Below, one piece after another: positions 57,554 to 64,000 of a stretch of DNA of 64,000 nt. Below the pieces are notes generated by a model that was not told where the DNA came from, did not search any database, and was given only the letters and a program-made list of their open reading frames with translations. Position 1 is the stretch's first letter, and each line of letters opens with the position of its first letter. Position numbers and translations under genes: made by a program. The DNA comes from an uncultured Nitrospinota bacterium (lineage in GTDB: Bacteria > Tectomicrobia > Entotheonellia > J063 > CAVPRW01), in contig CAVPRW010000023.1 of NCBI GenBank assembly GCA_963707985.1, positions 172,776-236,775 on the forward strand, written 5' to 3'.

Positions 57554-58066
57554 TCAGAATAGCTTCTTGTACGTGGTCGTGTACTCCTCGTGTCCGATTG
57601 AACCTTCCTCATGCGGTCCCAACGCCGAGTAATAGTAGTAGGCTCTGATGCTCTTCGCAAAAGCCTGATCTGACGCAGATATTCCATTCGTCCGTGGATT
57701 ATTGATGAAGGCATGCAGGCGTTGGCTTGTGGCCAGAGTGGGATCGCTAAGAACGAACACCATGACGATCCCATATGGGCCCTTTGACCCTCTTGGGGTG
57801 GTTGCGGGGATTAGCGTTGCCAACGTACCGTTCATGCGTGCAGTGCGAAACTTGTTAAGGAGAGCTGCGAGCTGAACTTGGGTCGTCGGCGGCGGAACCA
57901 GAACAGTCAGTGCGGTTGAGTCCCTACCGGCAACCTTGAATGCAGGGCTTGCCGGAGGAGCTCCCTGCGCGGTGACCTGGCTCCGCTGAGAGTACCCTGG
58001 CGTGGGACCCGGCAGTGCGATGAGCAGAAGAAATGCGAGCGAAGCAGCCTTCATGACAATCGTCAA
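57554..58066 (-). CDS. Cassette gene: exported hypothetical protein
   Basis: Signal peptide; cassette ends ATTAGACCG / CGGTCTAAC. Confidence 0.7.
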   Translation of the reverse strand: MTIVMKAASLAFLLLIALPGPTPGYSQRSQVTAQGAPPASPAFKVAGRDSTALTVLVPPPTTQVQLAALLNKFRTARMNGTLATLIPATTPRGSKGPYGIVMVFVLSDPTLATSQRLHAFINNPRTNGISASDQAFAKSIRAYYYYSALGPHEEGSIGHEEYTTTYKKLF

Positions 58067-58099
58067 TTGGCACCTCCGGTTCGACGTTTAGCGGTCTAA

Positions 58100-58259
58100 T
58101 GCGGCGCTCACCTGCGCGGGGGACGGCGAGCCGCAGGCTTGACGGCCGCCGCGGCAGGTGAAGCAGCCTGGTTCGGCGGCGCGAAGCGCGTGGCCGAACC
58201 AGGCTGCGAACGAAGTGAGCGCCGCATTCTGGCGGACGCGCGAAGCGTGTCCGCCAGAA
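58100..58259 (-). repeat. Gene-less mini-cassette family 1 (160 bp)
   Basis: Near-identical to 52538-52697 with compensatory changes. Confidence 0.85.
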
Positions 58260-58335
58260 CGCCGGGCCTGAGCCGCTGCCGGAAGCCGGAGCGCAGCGTA
58301 GGCTGTAGGCAGTCGGTTCCAGGCCCATGTTAGGC
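58254..58335 (-). other. attC site
   Basis: GCCTAAC-ATGGGCCTGGAACCG...CGGCTCAGGCCC-GGC-GTTCTGG. Confidence 0.85.
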
Positions 58336-58436
58336 CAGGGTTGCCGGACTTCCCTTCCTTCCCACGGCACGGGAGTCCCTACTCCGTTTAGCGCCTTAAA
58401 TCGGGTTTCATCCAGTTTTTTCAGAGGATAGCCAAC

Positions 58437-59234
58437 TCATTCGAGAGTCCGAACCATCGCGCTCGTTCCACTATCGCCCTTTCCTACGGCTTCAGCTATC
58501 TCTCGTGCTGTGTGAGGGTCAACGTACCACACATTCCTGGAGGGAGCATCGACATGCACTCTTCCTAGTGGAGGTAGATGACGCTGCTCAGCGCCATCGC
58601 TTGGTGCCAGAGTCCCCACCTCATCTTCATACACCCTTCTTAGCGGAGGCAGATGCACTAGAGTACCAGCCGTCTTCTCTTGAAAGTTGCGAACAAGTTG
58701 CGAACACCTGAGCCACTGGTCCGGCAGAAGAGCTGTCGGGCCCTTATGGAGGTTGCGGTCTGTACTGCGTCCAAAATGGATGTCAGGTGACGCTCTGTTA
58801 CTCTGGGGTTTGCCATAGGTAAAGAATCTCACGTCATTTGGCAGGTGCGAGATCTCGATAGCCACAAAGTTCAGGAGGAGTTCCGCAGAGTTTCGTACCT
58901 GTTGCTCGGCTTCGCGGAGTTCCGCCAGAGAGCGGAAGAGGTGCACGACATAATACGCACTATCAGGTTTGCAATGCCGCTGAAGAGTCTTGTGTTGCTC
59001 GGCGTCGATTTCGATCCGGAAGAGTCGTTCCCGCATTTTGTAGGTTGGCGCTTTGAACTGGAGGCGGAGTTCCCAGAAGGAGTTCGCGCCGATCATTTTC
59101 GAATCGTAACCCTCAATGGCCTCTTCAACCGTCGATGGGGCGTAGAGCCAGACCTTACGCATACCGCATGATTGCAGGAAGTATCGTGCAAACACCATCT
59201 CTTGTGTCTTCTCTGGGATAGGTTTCTCGCTCAT
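58437..59234 (-). CDS. Cassette gene: hypothetical, possible PD-(D/E)XK nuclease fold
   Basis: EEAIEGYD...LQFK; cassette ends ATTAGGCC / GGCCTAAC. Confidence 0.6.
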   Translation of the reverse strand: MSEKPIPEKTQEMVFARYFLQSCGMRKVWLYAPSTVEEAIEGYDSKMIGANSFWELRLQFKAPTYKMRERLFRIEIDAEQHKTLQRHCKPDSAYYVVHLFRSLAELREAEQQVRNSAELLLNFVAIEISHLPNDVRFFTYGKPQSNRASPDIHFGRSTDRNLHKGPTALLPDQWLRCSQLVRNFQEKTAGTLVHLPPLRRVYEDEVGTLAPSDGAEQRHLPPLGRVHVDAPSRNVWYVDPHTAREIAEAVGKGDSGTSAMVRTLE

Positions 59235-59270
59235 GCCTTTCCTTGCTCTTAACCCACTGTGTAGGCCTAA

Positions 59271-59431
59271 TGCGGCGCTCACCTGCGCGGGGGACGGCGA
59301 GCCGCAGGCTTGACGGCCGCCGCGGCAGGTGAAGCAGCCTGGTTCGGCGGCGCGAAGCGCGTTGCCGAAACCAGGCTGCGAACGAAGTGAGCGCCGCATT
59401 CGGGCGGATGCGCATAGCGTGTCCGCCCGAA
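59271..59431 (-). repeat. Gene-less mini-cassette family 1 (161 bp)
   Basis: Third full copy; the preceding attC is cut by ISKra4. Confidence 0.85.
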
Positions 59432-59444
59432 CGCCAAGTTGACC

Positions 59445-61107
59445 GAGCGTAACCTTTTTGAGTTGGGTGACGCGACACGCCTCAATCGAGGCGCGGGCCT
59501 ATATTGGGGTTTGTGACCGTACAGGCGACCTCGCATCTGGCGGGCACGGAACCGCCAGTAGTCACGGCGATCATGATCGTGGCTCTTTGTGAGCGAGCGC
59601 AAGGTCAGAATAGTCTCTGCCCCTACCAGACTCCAGCGCTTGCCTTCGCCCTCCATCCGGTGCTTCACGACGGCACCGCCCGCCGACTCCACGACGCCGG
59701 TCCCGACGGGCAAGCCCATCGCCAGATATGCGTCGTCGTGCCTCCAGCGCCGGTGGTTCTGGAAGCAGGTGATGACGTGCGCGAGCGTCTCCCGTACCGA
59801 CGTCCGCAGCCTTCCCTTCGTGAGGAGCGGGCGCAGACCGCCGATGACGTCACCCACTCGGCCGCGCAGCCTGGCGGTCAGCTTCGCCTGCACCCAAGGC
59901 TTTCCGCCCCTGGAGCCTTCGGGGCACAAGGCATTGGCCGCGGTCCACAGGGAGCTCACCACGGGTATGAGGTCGAGGACAGACGTCACGCGCTTCCACG
60001 GCTTGCAGCGCTTGGGCGCCAAGTTCCACAGGCCGAGGGCGCCATCGAGCCAGACGACCAAAGGTTGGTGGTGCTGGGGATCCCGGCGCTTGGCGTCGGC
60101 TTTGATGCACTCCATCACCGCCGGCTTCGTCCGCACCAGGCTGGCGCGCCGGCGGACCTGCGGCGCCCGTGGCGACTCGTCCTTGCCCCCTTGCTGCTGC
60201 CGGCGCGCGCGTGCCGCTGCCGGCTCGATCAGGAGTGCTGCACGGACCTCGGGCGAGCGCGGCTTGGGATCGACGGTAGCGCTGCCCCCCACCAGCGCTG
60301 CCGTCTTCCGCTGCCGCTGCTCACCGGTGCCCCACGTGGCTTTGAGCGTGACCGCCTCCTCTTTCAGCATGGGGACGCCCTGGCCGTCAACACGCACGAC
60401 GAGGAGCGCTCCGGCGCTTGCCGCCGGGGGCACGGGCCGTTGCGCCGAGAAGCGCTCGTAGTCTTCCGACGCCTCCTGCGCGCCCTCCATCAGCACGCTC
60501 TCGGCCACCTCGAGGTCCAAGAGCGGCGCGAACCAGCCGGCACTTTCCTGGAAGGGGGGCTCGACCGCGCACCACGTCATCCACTCCTGCCGGACCTACG
60601 AGTCGCACCGCTCGGGCAGGTTGACCTGCGCGTCCAGCGGGACGCTCCCGGGCTCCCCGGGTGTGCGATCGCCGGTGCGGGCCACCTGGAACGTGCCGAA
60701 GAGCGAACAGGAGTCCCGCCCTCGCAGCGGCGTCTGCCGTGGCCGCATCGCCCCGTCGGCCCGCGTGAGGGCCGGTCCCACAGCGCCGGTCCCGCGCTCG
60801 GCGACGGAGCGCTGCATCGCCGCCAGCCCACTGGGCCGCCGCCGCGTGCAGATACCTTGCTCCGCTTCGTGCGCCTCACGCGTGCCGGCACGCTCCCTGG
60901 CACACGTGATCAACGCCTGGAGCGCCTGCTCGCCTGCTGCGATCCTCATCTCGACGTCGAGGGCCTCCATGGGGATCCTCCTCGCCTGGTAGACCATAGG
61001 AACTCTGCGCAGATGTTCCCACGGTTCTCCCATGGACGGAGGGTCCCTCGCACCCAGAAACGCTTGCCTCGCGCTACGTTGACTCTGAACTCATTTCGTG
61101 TACGCTC
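59445..61107 (-). mobile_element. ISKra4-family element, copy 2, heavily mutated transposase pseudogene
   Basis: Same ends as copy 1; broken frame near 60590; many radical substitutions. Confidence 0.88.
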
Positions 61108-61192
61108 AAAGCGGCTTGCGGGAAAACTGCACGAGCCGTTTGATCGAGCGGACAGAGGCAGGGCTTTCACGCCCCACCTCTTCCGACCCTAC
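61108..61192 (+). ncRNA. Group II intron 3' end (domains V-VI), 5' part removed at the ISKra4 end
   Basis: AGCGGCTTGCGGGAAAACTGCACGAGCCGTT DV-like hairpin, DVI hairpin ending ACCCTAC. Confidence 0.75.
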
Positions 61193-61516
61193 AGGCCCGG
61201 CGCAGGCGAAGCTCGTGAGGCACCCCAAGGCCGAAAGGCGGGGCAACGGATAGGCCAAGCCGCAACGCGGGTGGGCCGAAGGCCTGAACGGTGGAGAGGA
61301 GTCGTGGCCTGGGGTGGAGCGGCGAGATGGTATCCGGCGAGGTGTTGGGCTTCGTGCCCGGCATCTGGGATGAACTGGCGGCTGGCACTCCGGAAACCGA
61401 TGCTCCGGTTGGGGTGATGGCTCACCCTGACTGAATCTGCCGAACCGCCGGATACGTGACCCGTATGTCCGGTGGTGTGGGAGGGGGGAGGCCGTGAGGC
61501 CCCTCCCTATCCCGAT
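61193..61516 (+). ncRNA. ORF-less group IIC intron 3' portion inserted at a cassette GT|TAGGC site
   Basis: IIC-type DV AACCGCCGGATACGTGACCCGTATGTCCGGTGGT, DVI ending TATCCCGAT, then TAGGC. Confidence 0.8.
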
Positions 61517-61548
61517 TAGGCGGACAGAACCATTGTCGAGGCGGATTC

Positions 61549-62328
61549 ATGACGTTCCTCAACAAGCTGCTTGGCAGGCGCGACAGCAACGACATCGTGG
61601 TCGCGATCGAGTTGCACTCGGTTGATCAGATTCGAGCGGCGCTCGACGCGGGGCTGAATCCGCGGAGTCCGGTTCGAGGCAAGCCCCTCGTCACTTGGCT
61701 CACCGAGATGTACAGCAGGGGCGATAACTTTTCCAAGTGCCTGCGTCTGCTGCTCGATCGAGGCGCCGTCCTGGACGACCCCATCGTCGCGCCGGTTCTC
61801 TTGAATGACGCCGAGGCGGTTGCGGCGGCGATTCGAGCTGATCCGTCAGTGCTCAATCACCGAACAACGATGGTCTCGGCGTTCACTCCATTGGTGGGCG
61901 CCTCATTGCTTCACGTGGCGGCCGAGTATGGGCATGCGGACGTCGCCCAAGTGCTCATCGATCTGGGAGCGGACGTGGACGCCACAGCGTCGATCGACTC
62001 GTATGGCCTCAATGGCCATACGCCCCTCTTTCACACCGTCAACTCAAGCCACAATCGCTCCGCACCAATCTTGAAGATGCTCCTACAAGCCGGAGCGAGG
62101 ACCGACATCGCGGTTCGAGGGATTACGTGGGGCAAGGGATTCGAGTGGGAGACAACGCTGTTCGATGTGACGCCCATCTCTTATGCTCAGTTCGGCCTCC
62201 TTCCGCAGGTGCATCGGGGAGAACGGGAGATCTACGACAACATCAAGCTGTTGGTCGAGGCCGCCGGTCGGACGGTTCCACCGCTCGACAACGTGCCCAA
62301 TCGATATCTCAATCCGAAGGCCGCCTAA
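61549..62328 (+). CDS. Cassette gene: ankyrin-repeat protein
   Basis: LLHVAAEYGH...LIDLGADV, GHTPLFH; stop codon lies within CCGCCTAAC (R''). Confidence 0.88.
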   Translation: MTFLNKLLGRRDSNDIVVAIELHSVDQIRAALDAGLNPRSPVRGKPLVTWLTEMYSRGDNFSKCLRLLLDRGAVLDDPIVAPVLLNDAEAVAAAIRADPSVLNHRTTMVSAFTPLVGASLLHVAAEYGHADVAQVLIDLGADVDATASIDSYGLNGHTPLFHTVNSSHNRSAPILKMLLQAGARTDIAVRGITWGKGFEWETTLFDVTPISYAQFGLLPQVHRGEREIYDNIKLLVEAAGRTVPPLDNVPNRYLNPKAA

Positions 62329-62339
62329 CCAGCGCTTGC

Positions 62340-63688
62340 TCGCGCCAAGATAAGCCCGAAGCGAGGGGATCAGGGGAAAGCCCAGGAAACTCGCTGTTGT
62401 GACCCAGTGGGTGAGAGGCTATGTGGCTCAAGTCCCACCTGACTAACGCCTAGCCAGCCGGTCAGTAACGAACCCGCATGCGCCCCAGTAATGGGGGGTA
62501 TGGAGCCGGGTGTAGCGAGGATGCAGGCCGCGTCATTGAGCCCCGAAATGTGTATAGTGGTGGTCAGGAGGATAGCCCTCGCGTGCCAACGAGAGGGGAA
62601 AGCCGACGCGTTGCAAGCGCGCGGAAGGCAGCAGTCCTGGACACGATAGGGCGAGTGTTGAGGACACCACCGGGGTCTGAGAGCGGGGCATGCATTCAGA
62701 GGGGTCACTCGGGAACTTGGGAGAGCCACGACGCTCCTTGGGAATGTGCCGGATCGGGGAGCCGGGGTAGAAAACCTCCGAGCCCAGCGGGGTGGCGTGG
62801 TCCTGGGACCTGGCTGGGAGTGAAGAAGAGGATCACACCAAGGTATCGGCGAACGAGGGACAACCGAAGGACGCCGAGACGGGGTTGTGGCAGTCGTAGC
62901 GGAGCATAGTACCGAGGGGCTGCGGGCCAGGGCCTGCAGGCCGGGAAGGTGGGGAACCGAGGCCCAAGGGACCCACTGCAGGGAAGGCGACGCCGGGCAG
63001 AACGTTCTGCTGGGAGGAACGATGGGAGACACTTCGAGGCCACCAACCATCTCAACGACACTCCAGCGGATAGCGCAGCAGGCGATCCAGTATCCGGCGA
63101 TGGTGTTCACGACGCTGGCACACCTGATAGACGTGGACTGGTTGAGGGAAGCCTATCACCGGACCCGCAAAGATGCGGCGCCGGGGATCGATGGGGTGAC
63201 GGCGGCGGCGTATGCGGAACACCTCGAGGCGAACCTCACCGACCTGTACGAGCGGCTGCAAAGCGGGCGCTATACGGCGCCGCCGGTGAAGCGGACGTGG
63301 CTCGACAAGGCGGATGGCAGCCAGCGGCCGATCGGGATGCCGACGTTCGAGGACAAAATCGTCCAGCGGGCGGTGACGATGCTGTTGGGTGCGGTCTATG
63401 AGCAGGACTTTCAGGACTTCTCCCACGGCTTTCGGGAAGGCCACAGCCCGCACCAGGCACTGCAGGAGTTGCGGGAGCAGTGCATGGAGGTGAACATCGG
63501 CTGGATCGTGGATGCCGATGTGAGTGGATTCTTCGATAGTCTGGACCACGGCCTGTTACGGGACGTCATTCGGAAACGGGTCAATGACGGGAGCCTATTG
63601 CGTCTCATCGGGAAATGGCTGCATGCGGGCGTGCTGGAGGGGGAAAGCGTCACCTACCCCGAGAAGGGCACTCCGCAGGGCGGCGTGT
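62340..63688 (+). mobile_element. Group II intron 5' part interrupting an attC site
   Basis: attC start GCCTAACCAGCGCTTGC stops abruptly; ~680 nt structured leader, then RT ORF; exact 5' end uncertain. Confidence 0.75.
63022..63688 (+). pseudogene. ltrA: Group II intron reverse transcriptase/maturase, interrupted after GTPQGG
   Basis: APGIDG, RPIGMP..EDKIVQ, SHGFR, DADVSGFFD, GTPQGG; no YADD motif in window. Confidence 0.9.
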
Positions 63689-63689
63689 G

Positions 63690-64000
63690 TACTCCCCCTA
63701 CAAAGTTGCAAACTTTTTTTTCAGGGCTCAGATCACCCGGGCGTGGCTCGACTCGGAACACCACTCGGACTTGATCATGCGCAACTTCCACCCGCTTGAC
63801 CAACGTGCGGATCATCTCGCGTTTGCTCAGCCCGTCGGCCGCCGCCAACCCGTTGCGGACCTTGCTGGCGAAGTCTTCCAGGCGCCCGACGATCAAGCGC
63901 ACTTCGGCCTCCAGGCTGGCCTCCTCGGCAAGCTCTTGGCACTGCGCCTCCAAGTGCGCGATCCGTTGGCGGAGCCGCCCGAGCCGGGGCCGCAGTCGGC
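63690..64000 (-). CDS. Large serine recombinase C-terminal region (partial)
   Basis: Coiled coil followed by KREMIRTLVKRVEV...VVFRV; recognised only from the C-terminus. Confidence 0.65.

Noticed and set aside
46705..59431. Repeats near cas6 as a CRISPR array
   Set aside because: Units are 101-161 bp, kilobases apart and separated by genes; no repeat-spacer periodicity anywhere in the window.
52897..61417. Long antisense ORFs of 547 and 637 aa
   Set aside because: Shadow frames opposite GC-rich ISKra4 transposases; no recognisable motifs.
62340..63774. RT as a DGR, retron or CRISPR-associated RT
   Set aside because: Has the APGIDG motif, GTPQGG and a long intron-like leader; no TR/VR pair, msr/msd or cas1 seen.

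Overview
GC-rich bacterial DNA in two parts. Bases 1-22.5 kb are mostly intact metabolic genes. They include a minus-strand low-oxygen cluster (pncB, USP, group 3b [NiFe] hydrogenase beta/Crp/gamma/delta/alpha, maturation protease, hypA/F/C/D/E, GNAT-acyl-CoA synthetase fusion, P-type ATPase, nrfH and a CxxCH-type nrfA), then an Ldh_2 oxidoreductase and a methyltransferase. Bases 22.8-64 kb are a heavily rearranged accessory region. It contains a tyrosine recombinase beside a perfect dif-like palindrome, ppk2, and integron cassette arrays with no intact intI (31.4-33.8 kb and 46.7-62.3 kb) carrying defence-like cargo (TIR, TcmP+DUF5131, PD-(D/E)XK-like, VapBC, DUF2971, ankyrin). It also holds IS6, IS3, IS630 and ISKra4 elements, non-autonomous TIR elements, an orphan cas6 pseudogene, three group II intron segments and a serine recombinase inserted in an intron RT gene. 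Most unusual signals: (1) two sequence families of gene-less, fully structured 101-161 bp mini-cassettes, five copies in total, sitting exactly at G|TT crossover points, several with a non-canonical AAT/ATT core; (2) a strong A:T->C:G substitution signature concentrated in mobile elements; (3) a duplicated ~240 bp res-like site + promoter + attI-like module. Several single-base frameshifts in otherwise intact genes may be sequencing errors. All calls come from motif recognition by eye; no database search was run.
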